NCBI RefSeq assembly: GCF_020745735.1
Contig: NC_083418.1
Coordinates: 62,203,776 to 62,267,775, forward strand
Direction of reading: 5' to 3'
Origin: Hemiscyllium ocellatum
Lineage: Eukaryota
Length of the DNA: 64,000 nt
In this document: piece by piece, positions 13,012-25,454 of the stretch
How the letters are laid out: each line of letters opens with the position of its first letter
Numbering within the stretch: position 1 is the stretch's first letter
Made by a program: the position numbers and the translations under genes
Notes under the pieces: model-generated
Seen by the model: only the letters and a program-made list of their open reading frames with translations
Told to the model about the DNA's origin: nothing
Databases searched by the model: none

Positions 13012-13424
13012 AATATTATCTTCTGTCTTTCTCTCCCACTCCATCTCAGTGCAGTCCATACTCTGTAGTTGGGGTGGAGGGCGATTGCTTGGCAATGGAG
13101 GTTTGCTCAGGTGACCCTGGGTACCATTGTGTCTAGATTGTCTAGCAATGCCTTTCAGGAGGCAGATGAACTGTCCTTGGCTTGTATTTCCAAGGTGCTG
13201 AGCAGGGAAGGTAGAATGCAGGAGTAGGGCCAGGGCATCTCTGGAGTGCCCTGGGAAAAGATTTTCAGGAGCCTTTGCATGGTCCATTCCCCAGCTGTAG
13301 GAACTGGGCATGCTCTGAGTGCCAGTGGCCTGGGCTGTTTATTCCTTGGGCAGCTTCAGCGTTGTTGCAAGGAGGTGTTCACCAGCTTGTGCTACCCGAT
13401 GTTCTGAACCTGACCCTCCCACTG

Positions 13425-13560
13425 AGGTCAAAGAGTGTGGTGCTGGAAAAGCACAGCAGGTCAGGCAGCATCCGAGGAGCAGGAGAATTGATGTTTCTGG
13501 CATAAGCTCTTCATCAGGAATTATCTTCTGCCTTGGGACCCTCCAGCCACACGGGTTGTG
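13425..13560. mobile_element. PLE terminal repeat and C-terminal fragment with a decayed hammerhead
   Basis: The minus strand at 13489-13517 reads CTGATGAAGAGCTTATGCCAGAAACATC. The adjacent plus strand encodes IIFCLGTLQPHG, the PLE ORF C-terminus. Confidence 0.65.
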
Positions 13561-14154
13561 CCAGTTTTCTCCTGCGAGCCCTGTATTCTCTCATCCACAG
13601 TGGGTGAAGGTCTAATGTTGAGCACTTCCCTATCTGTCCTGACTCTTCCTGCCCTGTTATGGACTGTTTTCTCTGTAATGGGAGAGATTGGGTGAGGTGA
13701 ACATGGCTGGCACAGATTTTAGGTCTAATGCGGGTCATTGAAAAATGGTGAGGGATCCCGCGTGAGTGAATAGGTAGCACAGATACCATGTGGGGATTAA
13801 TGTTCTGAGAGGTTGGTAGGGACAACAAAAGGGAAGATGTTGCATGCAATAGTGAGTACGGAAGAGACTTGAGGGGAGGTGTGTGCAAAGGCAAGATAGA
13901 GGGAGTGGAGAGAGCAGAGTGTGGTACTTAGCCTGGTGGAGTGGAAAAGGCCATTCACTTTCTTGCAACCATTCCTTCCCTTTACCTTCTCCGCCATTTT
14001 TGGTATAGCTGTCCTCAGTCAAACTTCCAAACACCAGTGTTTGTCGAAGTGCACATTGGCTTTTTAAAGGTGGCGCAGGAACGTCAGATTTTCAGCAGGT
14101 ATTCTGGTGGGTAGTGAGTTGTTCTGGGAATGATGGGTTGGAGAATGATTTGGA

Positions 14155-14270
14155 GGTGCCAGTGTCAGACTGGAGTGGACAAAGTTAAAAATCTCACAAC
14201 ACCAGGTTATTGTCCAACAGGTTTATTTGGAAGCACTAGCTTTTGAGGCACTGATTCTTCATTGGATGGT
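14155..14270 (-). mobile_element. Decayed reverse copy of the 8661-8752 repeat family
   Basis: GTTAAAAATCTCACAACACCAGGTTATTGTCCAACAGGTTTATTTGGAAGCACTAGCTTT is the reverse complement of 8695-8752. Confidence 0.7.
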
Positions 14271-14739
14271 TATGGAACATGACCATATGACACAGAATTT
14301 ATAGCAAAAGGGTTACAGTGTCATGGTGTTGTAATGATACATTAAACAACTTTAGTTAAAATCTCACAACACTAGGTAATAGTTCTTAAGCAAATTTAGA
14401 TTAAATCTTTCATCTTTTAGAATGGGATATGGTGGTTTAGGTTCTTTAATATGTAAATACCAGAATGATGCTTAAGTCTATTATGAAGGCTGCCAAAGGT
14501 TTGGGGTGGGTAGCTATTGAAGGGAGTTTTATAGGATGCGGGGAGAGAAACCGTGTGTGAAACTTGACGGAAATGACACAGTCAAAAAAACACAAGATTT
14601 AACCCTTGTCTTCGGAATTGGCTGAGTGTCAGGAAACAGAGGAAATGGCTGATGTTTATTTCTGACTGGATGAATGGGATTTCCCTGGGCTCAGTGTTAG
14701 GCCTACTGCTCTTCCTTTTGTTAATCTTTCACAAGATGT

Positions 14740-15650
14740 GGATGTTGCCGCTAGACTGTCAGTTGTAACCCATCATTAATTGCTTAGAAATCGCCAACAT
14801 TCATTGCAGTGTATTATGAATGGGGGGAGGAGGCATGTTGCTGAATATTTTAGTGGATGGGGTGTCTCTCAAGCAGAATGCTTTATCCTGGATGACGTTG
14901 AGCTCTGCAGGTGTTGTTGGAATCACACCCATCCAGGCAAGTGGAAAATATTCCAGCATACTCCAAACTTATGTCTTGAGGAGTTTGGACAGGCTTTGGA
15001 GAGTCAGGAGGTGAGTTACTTACTGTATCATTCCCAGCCTCTGCTCTGCTCTTGTAGTCACAGTATTTGTATGATTGTTCTAGTTCAGTTTCTGGTCAAT
15101 GGTGACCTGCAGGTCCTGATAGTGGAGCATTCAGTGATCAAATGCTGCTAAATGTCAGGGAGAGATGTTTTGATGCTCTGTTTTGGGTTGGCCATTGTCT
15201 GGCACTTGTGTGGCATGAATGTTACTTACCACATATCTGCCCGAGTCTGAATGTCACCCAGGTTTTATTGAATGGGCACCAACTGTTTCAATATCTGAGG
15301 AGCTAGGAATGGTGCAGAGTATTATATGATCAGGAAGGAAAGTCCCCACATTGTTGGAGGGAAGGCCATTGATGGAGCAGCTGAACGTGATTGGGCCTAG
15401 GACACTACCCTAAGGAACTCCTGCAGAGATGTCCTGGAGCTGGGATGACTGATTTCCAACAACCACAACCATTTGCCCATGTACCAGGTATGACTAACCG
15501 ATGGAGAGTTTTTCTCCACAGCCTCATGACCTTCAGTATTGTTAGGACTTCTTGATGACATATTCAGTCAGATGCTGCCTCCACACCAAGGGCAGTCATT
15601 CCTCACCGCTGGAGGTCAGTTCTTTTGTCCATTTTCAGCCCAAGGTAATT
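14740..15650 (-). mobile_element. CR1/L2-group LINE 3' fragment (second family)
   Basis: Reverse-complement similarity to 27172-28120; for example CCCATCCAGGCAAGTGGAAAATATTCC matches GGAATACTCCCCACTTGCTTGGATGGG. Confidence 0.7.
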
Positions 15651-16075
15651 CAGTTGGGGTAGACTGGGGTTGACCTCTGCCAAACTGCCAGGATTTGTTG
15701 GCTAAGCCTCCTCGACCAGTCTCTGGGAAGACGACGCCCCTCCGCGGACCAGCCTCTCCACCAGCACCTGGAGGTCCCTGTCAAAGAAATACAGTACCAT
15801 TAGTCAACATCTTTGGTGGAGCAAGGCAGCTTTGGTAAGGTGGTAATTGGCTCAGGTTGAATTTGTCCTGCTCTCCGTGAACAGTATATCTGTGCAACTT
15901 TCCACATTGTCCTCTCCATGTTTTTTCACAGATCTGTAATTAAGCTGTACAGTAACACCCTGGCTCTGCGTCTCAGTAGTTCTGGAGCATCAGAAATATT
16001 ATATGGATGATCTGGACTTGGTATACTTTGCTGACTCTATTTGGAAGTATTGCGAACTCTGAAGTTAATATAAAC

Positions 16076-16388
16076 TTAGAGTCACAGATATGTACTGCAT
16101 GGAAACTGACCCTTCGGTCCAACTCATCCATGCCGACCAGCTATCCTAACCTAATTTAGTCCCATTTGCCAGCATTTGGCCCATATCCCTCTAAACTGAC
16201 CTCTTCATATACCCATCCAGATGTCTTTTAAATGCTGTAATTGTACCAGAATCCACCACATCCTCTGGCAGCTCATTCCATACGTGCACCACCCTCTGCG
16301 TAAAAAAGTTGCCCCTAAGTCCCTTTTTATATCTTTCCTCTCTCACCCTAAACCTATGCCCTCTAGTTCTGGACTCCCCCTTCCAGGG
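16076..16388 (-). mobile_element. CR1-type LINE 3' end
   Basis: ORF 16191-16430 (-) reads GESRTRGHRFRVREERYKKGLRGNFFTQRVVHVWNELPE. It ends in the ...TCTGTGACTCTAA tail shared with other copies. Confidence 0.85.
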
Positions 16389-16770
16389 ACTTTGAAAAGC
16401 AAATAAAAACAGGGCAGAATAGACAAACAAATGGCAGATGGAATTTAGTGTCAGAGAAAGTGAAGTATTTCATTTTGATAGCAAGAACTTGGAGAGACAA
16501 TAGAAACTAAAGGCTCCAATTCTGAAGCAGGAGTAGAGGAATCATCGAAGGCAGCAGAACACTTGCAAGCATCATGAAGAGAACATACAGAATTTAGTAC
16601 TTCCTCAATGGGAGCTCAGAAAATTAAAAAAATCAAGGAGGTTATCTCGAACCTATATATAAAGAGAAAAAAGCACTAATTTGCCTTTAAATGGAGTTTT
16701 GCATTCAGTTCTGGGTGCTACACTAAAGAAAGAGCATTAGAGATAGTTAAGAGAACATACATGACAATTA

Positions 16771-16919
16771 GGGATTAGAGTGGTGCTGGAAAAGCACAGC
16801 AGTTCAGGCAGCATCTGAGGATTTCCGTGCTCCTCGGATGCTGCCTGACCTGCTGTGCTTTTCCGGCACCAATCTAATCCAGAATCTGGTTTCCAGCATC
16901 TGCAGTCATTGTTTTTACC
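16771..16919. mobile_element. Short palindromic PLE-repeat insertion with a 16-bp target-site duplication
   Basis: Arms 16772-16820 and 16832-16880 are near reverse complements with an 11-nt spacer. Flanks are ACATACATGACAATTA (16755-16770) and ACATACATGAGAATTA (16920-16935). Confidence 0.8.
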
Positions 16920-19059
16920 ACATACATGAGAATTATGCAGGAATGAGGAATTTTCGTTTTACAAGGTAAACTGATCAGTTATTGTCCCAGTCACTAAAAT
17001 AAATCAAAGGAACTGAGAAACAACTTATCCCAGCCCTATGGTTTAGACTCTTGAACTAGCACTTATTTCCTTTGTTTTTTCTTCCACTATAACATTTGTG
17101 TTATACCTGCTGGTTTTGTTTGTCTTAGTTGTGAATGAATCTGTGTGTTTAGGGTTTTAAAGGGTTATACTTTAACTCGCATTGTAGTAATGAGTAACGC
17201 ACTGTTTGTCAATTGTTAAAGAACACGTTTGTTTACAAGTTTTACTGTCATTGTCCTGTTAAGTGTGAACCCTGGTGTAGATTACATTTTTTCTGAATAG
17301 CAGTTGGTCAGACAAATATATCATCTTAATGGTTTGATGGGTAGTTATACATTTGAGATAAGTTGTGGAATATTGGGGTATGATTATTTCCAATTGAATC
17401 ACAACTACCCTATTATCAATATAACATGATCAATTTTAAAAACATTATTTTCCATAATGCGTGATTTGGAATGTTTCAACAGTACCTGCCGAAAGGAAAG
17501 TGTTCAAATACATGAAGGGGAAAAGTTTGCAGAGTTATAGAGAAAGATAAGGGGTGTGCAATTACCTGTATTGCTTTCGAAAAGAGCTGGTACCAATTCG
17601 ATAGGTGGAATAATCTCTTACTGTGCTGTATAAATCTACAATACCATCATTTTAACTTCCTGACCAATGAAACACTCCCTGGAAAAGTACACTAAGCCTT
17701 TCGTGGTGGCTTGTGTAATAACCTTTTATTTACCCTGTTATATCTCATTGTAAGTAATTGGTGGTGAGAAGAACTGCAAAACAACATCTTGACAGACTGT
17801 TCCACACTGCTCCTGATTTCCTTTTTTCAATTGAACCATTAGTCAAAAAGCTTGTACGTCTAGTTTGCCAATCCATTATTATTTGTTTTGTGTCACTGTG
17901 CAAGATGAATTTCACTCTGACCAGCTTTTGACACAGCTCCTTCTCAATTTCAAACAGAGCATCAGAGTGGGTCACCAAGGGGAAGCTGGAACACCTTCGA
18001 AAGTGACGGTGCAGAGCAGCTAGCTGTAGAACTTTCATTTCCACCAACCCGCGACCCTGGAATTATTCTTGGAAAAGGTGATCTATACTCTATTCCAGAC
18101 AATGGTACAAATGGTTTAAGTGAAGGAAGAAAACAATGTTAAGACAGAGATAACTCTACTTTTATAAAGGACAACAAGTTACAGAGAATCAGATTTATCA
18201 CTCTTGAAAAAACTATTAATTTATTATTTTCCATTTGTCCAAAGCAGATTAGATCCACAATTTACACTGGGCAAACGTAAATCCCTGAAGCCAAGGGATA
18301 GCCTCCTCATTTACTGAGGTTAAGGTGAATACTCTGCCAGTTTCATAACACAAAGGAAATACACATTAAATATTACCTTTCAGATGTAACTGAACTCTCA
18401 GTGGTTTAGGGAACTGCTGTTCATCTGCAGTTTAAGTGATTCGCAACTAGCACGTTGCAGTCAATGTTTAACCTAAGCTACAGCTGCCTGCTTGTCGTTA
18501 CCGTCATACTTCTGTGTGGCTGAGAACCACAATGTTAATGTATTTGGGCAGAGGTTGTGTATGGAGGGGCTGTGTGCTAGTCTGGAATATATTTTTGATG
18601 TCTACAGCACGGAGTTTATATCCGTTTGAGAACTGAATCGCAACAATGGCAAGCAGCGGCAACTAAATTGAGTTTCTGCCACGCCTTTCTTATATCTCTC
18701 ATCAGAAGCAACGGCTTGCCCTGTACCCAGAGTACACAGCCAAACCACAGAGCCAGTGAACATATGGTTCAGAATGATCTTGGTTTGAGCAGCTAAAATG
18801 CTGGAAGAGACCCATCTCATGCAATATAATGTGAATTCTTCATTATTTGCCTACTATAAAATTGAGCTTGCCATCCCTCATAAGGCAAAACATTGACAGC
18901 AGAGATGAAAACTTCATTCATTGCTAGAGATTGATTTTCTCTCTAAAAATAGGGAATTGTTGAACAATAAAGGATGTTCAGTCCGCATAGCTCATTTTAA
19001 CTGGAAAGTCTGTCATCTTGATTTGCTTGTGAGCCAGACAACTTTATCACTATCAGTGA

Positions 19060-19310
19060 TAGCTCCATGCCCAGAGACTTCAGAATGTCATTTAGTCTCA
19101 CACCTCAAATGAATGCAGCAATGTTGGAGGCTTTGTCTTTCAGATGTGATGTTAAACTGAGGCCGGGCTTGTCTTTCTAGATGGATATAGGAATCCTGTG
19201 TTAATATTCAAAGAGGAGTATGATGTTCTCCTCACACAACCCATCTGATTGCTACTTGTGGATACTTGCTGTGTATAAATTGCCCGTGATGTTTGCAGCA
19301 ACAATGATAA
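19060..19310 (+). mobile_element. DeuSINE-like (SacSINE1/AmnSINE1-type) relic
   Basis: GGAGGCTTTGTCTTTCAGATGTGATGTTAAACTGAGGCC resembles the Deu-domain core as recalled (GGAGGTGCCGTCTTTCGGATGAGACGTTAAACCGAGG). A tail-like GACTTCATTGGCTG segment follows at about 19785-19845. Confidence 0.55.
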
Positions 19311-19498
19311 TGGGGATAACTTTCAACTTTAGTAGTACAGGCGTTGATCGGAGAAGGCTGATTGATTGGATTTGGGACCAGTGGATAACCTGCGCCATCA
19401 GATTACCATCCAGGCAGTGATGTTTAAAGTCTGGTTGAAGATTTGTGGCTCGGGTGTTCGTTGTTGTGGTTCTGTTCGCCGAGCTGGAAGTTTTTGCT

Positions 19499-19538
19499 GC
19501 AAACGTTTCGTTCCCTGGCTAGGGAACATCATCAGTGC
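19499..19538 (-). ncRNA. Minimal type I hammerhead ribozyme motif, intact
   Basis: The minus strand reads GCA-CUGAUGA-U-GUUCCCU/AGCC/AGGGAAC-GAAAC-GUU-UGC: full core, 7-bp stem II, palindromic AACGUU stem III and 3-bp stem I. Confidence 0.7.
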
Positions 19539-19669
19539 TATTGGAGCCTCCTGTGAAGCGCTGCTTTGATGTTTCTTCCGGTGTTTATAGTGGTGTTATA
19601 AATACCGGAAGAAACCACTATAAATACCAGAAGAAACATCAAAGCAGCGCTTCACAGGAGGCTCCAATA

Positions 19670-19709
19670 GCACTGATGATGTTCCCTAGCCAGGGAACGA
19701 AACGTTTGC
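19670..19709 (+). ncRNA. Minimal type I hammerhead ribozyme motif, intact
   Basis: GCA-CTGATGA(19673-19679)-T-GTTCCCT/AGCC/AGGGAAC-GAAAC-GTT-TGC, with predicted cleavage after 19706. Confidence 0.7.
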
Positions 19710-20869
19710 AGCAAAAACTTCCAGCTCGGTGAACAGAACCACAACAGGCAGTGATGTCACAAATAGCCTTATTTCACATCGAAGAGACTTCATTGGCTGG
19801 GAAGCTTTCTGGGGCACATGAAGGCCATGAAAGATGTTGTAAAATAATTGGGCCCCAAAATTGGATTTGCTAGGGCTGATAGTTTTGGTGGAACAAGTGT
19901 CATATTAATACTGCAATGGCTTCTGCAACATTTGTGCACAATACCATAATTACTCAAGTAGAATACTGTCTTGGTGAAGGCATTGGAGTGAGTATTGGGT
20001 GTGTGTTCTAGATGAATGGTGAACAATAATGGTTGTAGTGCCGTTTCTATCCTCCCAATTGCCAACATCTGCTCTTAAACACGTGCAGCTGAGTATGTGA
20101 TTACTGGCAGGAACCACCGCTCTCCTTCCATAGTACTTTATTTTACGGATTCATCAATCACAATGCTTAATTTCTATTGCCTCCTTTTGTGTTGATAGAT
20201 GTGCTACTGAGTCCCACAATTCTGTAAATTCAGTGAGGTTGACAGGAAGGGATGGCAAAGCTTCTGGTCAGACCACTTAATCCCAGTTCCCATCTCCTTT
20301 AAGTTACGTCATGAGAAGGAAATGGAGCAGAGACAGGAGAGATAAGATTCAGTGAACACGATCCCTGAATTGGTGGTACAAGTATTTGACTGATTGAATA
20401 CCTGGTTCTCATTGAACTGCACACTCTGGCCTCAGGATTTGTAAAGATAGATCCTCACCACAGTCACCTTTGTGAAAGATACATCAGGAGATTTGCTCGC
20501 AACATCCACCTCTCCAGGGTTGCGGAAAACGACCTGGTAACTAAAGAGAAGAAACATTTGTCTTGACCAAGACATAGTTTATTGCACGATAGCAAGTCAC
20601 CTTGATATGATGGACACTGATACTAATATCGTGAGGAAAACCTGGATGGTAGGTCTTCCCCACCCAGAATTGTTCTCCCATTATTAATTCCACATGACAT
20701 CACCAGCAAATGTTCTTCAATATTAACCTTTTCAAAGCTCAACACCTCAAAAATATCTCCAACACAAGCTTATTTTCCATTATTAATATTTATATAATGG
20801 AAAGGTTTACATAATATTTACATCATATACATAATTGCATTTACCACTACCTTAGCTGCCTCAAGTGTA

Positions 20870-22400
20870 AAGAAGGAGAATGAAGAGACTGGTGTCAATT
20901 TAACATAAGGGGGAATCCCGAAGTCTTCTGTCAGCACATTAATAATAAAGCAGTGGCAGAAGGAACAGTAGGGTAATTTGGGAATCAGGAGGCAGGGGTC
21001 ATGGCTGAGATATTGAATGAACATTTTGCTTCTGCTTTTACCCATGAAGCAGATATTACACAGGCCATGGTGTCGGAGGAGGAAACTGTTGCTGGATTGG
21101 TCAAAAATTTACAAAGAAGAGATCTTGGATAAGCTTGTGTACTTAGAGTTGGTGAGGATGAGAGTTGGATGAGATGCATGAAAGGATCGTGAAAGAAGTA
21201 GGAATGTAAATTGCAGATGCACTAGGCATACTCTTTCAATTTTCCCTAGATGTAGGGGTGGCACCAAGGACTTGAAAATTGAAAACGTTATTCACTTGCT
21301 CAGAAAGGTTGTAAGGAAATGCCTGGCAATTACAGATTAGTTAGTTTAATTCAGCAATGGGGTAACTCCTAGAAATAATAATGCTGGGTAGAATTAATAG
21401 TCACAGGGACAAGTATAGGTGAATCAGGGAGCACCAGCAAAGATTTCTTAAGGGAAAATCAAATTTGACTAATTTGTTGGAGATTTTTGAAGTAGCAGTG
21501 AAGGTTAATGAGGACTACGCTGTTGATATGGGATACATGGTGGACTTCCAAACACATTCAATTCAGTGATAGTCAGCAGATTTAAAAGTGATGGGTCATG
21601 GAATAAAGAGGACAGTAGCAATGTGGATGCTAAATTGGCTGAATGATAGGAAACAGGAAGTAAGTTTTAGACTGGAGAAAATAATTTTCCCAGTGGTCAA
21701 TTTTGGGACTCTTCCTTTTCCCTGTTACAAATTAATGATTTGATATTGGAATGGAAAGGACAATTTTGAAGTTTGTGAATGATACAATTTAGATGCATTA
21801 GAAACTGTGAAAAAGTCAACAAAGAACTTCAAAACAACGTTGACAAATTTGTGGAGCGGACAGATAGGTGGCAGATGAAGGTTAACATAAGAAGTGTGGA
21901 GTAATACATTTTGGTAGAAAGAACATGGAGAGACAGTATAAAACTGAGGGTGTTGTTGCAAAGAGTGGGCAGAAAGAGAGAGACCTGGGTGTACATATGC
22001 ACAACTCATTAAAAATGACAGGACAGGTAGAGAGAGCAGCCAATAAAACATACAGTATCTTAGGAGTTATTATTGGTGATGCAAGAATATTGAGTACAAT
22101 GTTACACTGAACTTGTATAAGGCACTAATTATACCTCACTGGAGCACTGAGTACCACAATTTTAGAAGGCTTTTCATGCATTGAAGAGAGTGCAGAAGAG
22201 GTTTACAAGAATGGTTTCTGGGATGAGAAACGTGAGTTGTGAAGACAGATTCGTGAAGGTGGAATTATTTTTTCTTAGAGATGACAAGGCTAAGAAGATA
22301 TTTGATTGAGGCTTTCAAAATCATGAGCATTCTGGGCAAAGCAGACAGAGAGAAAACCGTCCTGCGTATAACCAGTCCAAAAAAGAGAGCAGAGACGCAT
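20870..22400 (+). mobile_element. Old, highly degenerate CR1-type LINE
   Basis: Patchy nucleotide similarity to the better-preserved CR1 copies (GTGGACTTCCAAAC, GATAGGTGGCAGATGAAG, GAAGAGAGTGCAGAAGAGGTTTACAAGAATG). No intact ORF. Confidence 0.6.
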
Positions 22401-22585
22401 GTTCAATGAACTATGGTAATTAGAAAGGTAGCAATGTGGTGCACAGGTGTTGGGTAATTCTGTGAAGTGTTAAGAAAACAAAAACAAAGTCAAATTCCTT
22501 CTGGAATCAGTATTTGTCATAGAATAAGCAAGACTCCTGGAGTGATAATTGAAGACAGAAAGCTTACACTGTGGGGTTTATGTTG

Positions 22586-22884
22586 GGGCGGCACAGTGGT
22601 TAGCACTGTTGCCTCACAGTGCCAAGGTCCCAGGTTCGATTCCAACCTTGGGTGACTGTCTGTGTGGAGTTTGCACATCCGGGTGCTCCAGTTTTGTCCC
22701 ACAGTCCAAAGACGTGCAGGTCAGATGAATTGGCCATGTTAAATTGCCCATCGTGATAGGCATATTAGTCAGAGGGTAGGTGCATTAGTCAGAGGGAAGT
22801 GGGTCTGGGTGGGTTATTCTTCAGAGGGTCAGTGTGGACTGGTTGGGCTGAAGAGCCTGTTTCCACACTCTAGGGAATCTAATC
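22586..22884 (+). mobile_element. HE1-type SINE
   Basis: A-box-like CGGCACAGTGG, B box GGTTCGATTCC (22633-22643), SINE body and AATCTAATC tail. Confidence 0.85.
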
Positions 22885-23456
22885 ATCAACTTGATTTAAG
22901 ACAATATTTAAGGATTGATTTTAACTTAGAAGAAAAGCTGATTACAGTCAGCAGCATAGATAGTTTCTTGTCCAGGAAGCAGTATTAGAAATAGATGGAA
23001 AGCACAATTATTCTCACATTAAAAGATTAGTTTGTGAAACTTCCAGATATGGAGTGTTTTGTTAGAAATTGATAGTCAGAAAGTCAAAACTTACAGGTTT
23101 GTGAGAAGTTATGTATAAAGACTTCAAACAGCATAATTAGGGAGCAGTTAAGTCAAACTTAAAGATTTGGTACAGAAAGATATTTTTCTGGATTTGATTC
23201 ACTGTAAATTAATATTTTTCAGAAAAAGATGAGACTTTGTTTGGGTGCATTTTTTCAGATCTTTCAAATTCTGCCCTGTGATCTACATTTAGATATCATG
23301 GTCTGCCTTATTTTATCTTTCTTTCTTTTGTTTAACAAACTTCTGTTTTATTGTTAAGGAAAGTCAGCAACCTCGTATGTTTATGTGTTAGTGAAGTACC
23401 ACCATGTTAAATAGGAAAAGACCTATCAAATCAGATGTCATTCTGGGAACTGACTT

Positions 23457-24805
23457 GGAGAAAGTGAGGACTGCAGATGCTGGAGTACCAGAGTTGAAAA
23501 ATGTGATGCTGGAAAAACATGGCAGGCCAGGCAGCATCTGAGGAGCAGGAGAAGGGCATAAGCCCTTCTTCAGGAATGACGCTGGTGTGCCAAGCGGGCT
23601 GAGATAAAAGGTAAGGGGGAGGGAATTTGGGGGAGGGGCGCTGGGAATACGATAGGTGGAAGGATATGAGGGTGAGGGTGATAGGCTGGAGAGGGGGTGG
23701 GGATGGAGAGGTTGGGAAGAAGATTGCAGGTCAAGAGGGCGGTGCTGAATCTGAGGGTTGGGACTGAGATAAGGTGGGGGGAGGGGAAATGAGGAAGCTG
23801 GAGAAATCTACATTCATCCCGTGTGGTTGGAGGGTTCCTAGGCGGAAGATGAGGCGCTCTTTCTCCAGGCATCGTGTGGCCAGGGTCTGGCGATGGAGGA
23901 GGCTAAGGACCTGCATGTCATTGGCGGAGTGGGAGGGGAGTTAAAGTGTTCAGCCATGGGGCGATTGGGTTGGTTGGTGCGGGTGTCCCAGAGGTGTTCC
24001 GTGAAACATTCCACAAGTAGGCGGCCTGTCTCCCCAATGTACAGGAGACCACATCGGGTGCAGCGAATACAGTAAATGATGTGTGTGGAGGTGCAGGTGA
24101 ATTTGCGATGGATATAGAAGGATCCATTGCGCCTTGGAGGGAGGTGAGGGGGGAGGTGTGGGTGCAAGTTTTGCACTTCTTGCGGTTGCAGGGGAAGATG
24201 TCGAGAGTGGTGGTTGGGTTGGGGGGTGTGTGGACCTGACGAGGGAATCGCGGAGGGAGTGGTCTCTCCTGAATGCTGATAAGGGTGGAGAGGGAAATAT
24301 ATCCCTGGTGGTGGGGTCTGTCTGGAGGTGTCAGAAATGATGGTGGATGATACGATGTATCCAGAGGTTGGTGGGGTGGAAGGTGAGGACCAGTGAGGTT
24401 CTGTCCTGGTGGTGATTGGAGGGGCGGGGTTCAATGGCGGATTGTGGGAAATGGAGGAGATGCGGTGGAGAGCATCGTTGACCATGTCGGAGGGGAAATT
24501 GCGGTCTTTGAAGAAGGAGGCCATTTGAGTTGTTCGGTAGTGAAATTGGTCCTCCTGGGAGCAGATGCGGACGAGGTGGAGGAATTGGGAATATGGGATG
24601 GCATTTTTACAGGGGGCAGGGTGGGAGGAGGTGCAATCTAGTTAGCTATGGGAGTCGGTCGGTTTGTAGTAAATGTCTGTGTTGAGTTGCTTGCCTGAGA
24701 TAGAGATGGAGAGGACTAGGAAGGGGAGGGAGGAGTCTGAGACGGTCCAGGTAAATTTGAGGTCGGGGTGGAAGGTGTTAGTAAAGTGGATGAACTGTTC
24801 AACCT
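23457..24805 (-). mobile_element. Penelope-like retroelement 3' part (GIY-YIG endonuclease and terminal repeat)
   Basis: ORF 23838-24524 (-) contains FTCTSTHIIYCIRCTRCGLLYIGETGR..ECFTEHL (PLE GIY-YIG), then LIFRLGTLQPHGMN. The terminal repeat has CTGAAGAAGGGCTTATGCCC with the GAAAC segment deleted. Confidence 0.85.
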
Positions 24806-25454
24806 TATCGATGTAGCAGAGGTGACTTGTCCAGTAGCATCTTGAGGTGGGATTATTAAAGTTTAATTCAAATTTTGAAGAAAAAGGAGGCCATGAATAA
24901 AGGACAAAGAAACAAGACCAAAAAGCTATAACTTGCCATTGGAAACTTTCTGATAGTGGTGATTATGCCCAGTAAAGTCTCATTTCACATATGGCCTGTA
25001 TTCAGTTTGGAATCATCCAGGATGAACCTTCTTTTAAAAATAGACATTAACGAGTAGTAAATATGACTGCTGAAGGTCAGGAAACTTTGTAATTTCTACC
25101 TTGGTGCACAATTACCTCAGCCTCTGGAAAATTCTTAATTTACAACTATAGAATATATGCCTCTCTTCGAATTGATTTAGACAGGAAAAAAAAATCAGAT
25201 TTATGAGTTTCCAGAAATTTGAAACCTGTAGATTCTGGACATCCAGGGTATTGGGATAATGCAGGTAGGAAGAGCTGAGATGAGGGATGGATCAGCCATG
25301 ATTTTAATGCATGACGGAGCAGACTTGATGGGCCAAATGGACTACTCCTGCTTCTATTACTATGAAACTATGAAATCTGAGCTCTGTATTTAAATAAACA
25401 CAAAATAGGTTTGAATGACGATCAGATATCCCCAGCTGCTTGTCAATGATTTCG

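Larger units (their letters stand above)
19424..19746. mobile_element. Young palindromic PLE-type element with two inverted hammerheads and a 13-bp TSD
   Basis: Arms 19462-19594 and 19614-19746 (133 bp, 3 mismatches by eye) flank a 19-nt spacer. CAGGCAGTGATGT is duplicated at 19411-19423 and 19745-19757. Confidence 0.85.

Noticed and set aside
22586-22660. tRNA gene call for the A/B-box sequences
   Set aside because: These are the tRNA-derived heads of HE1 SINEs, continuing into the SINE body and LINE-like tail rather than a full cloverleaf.
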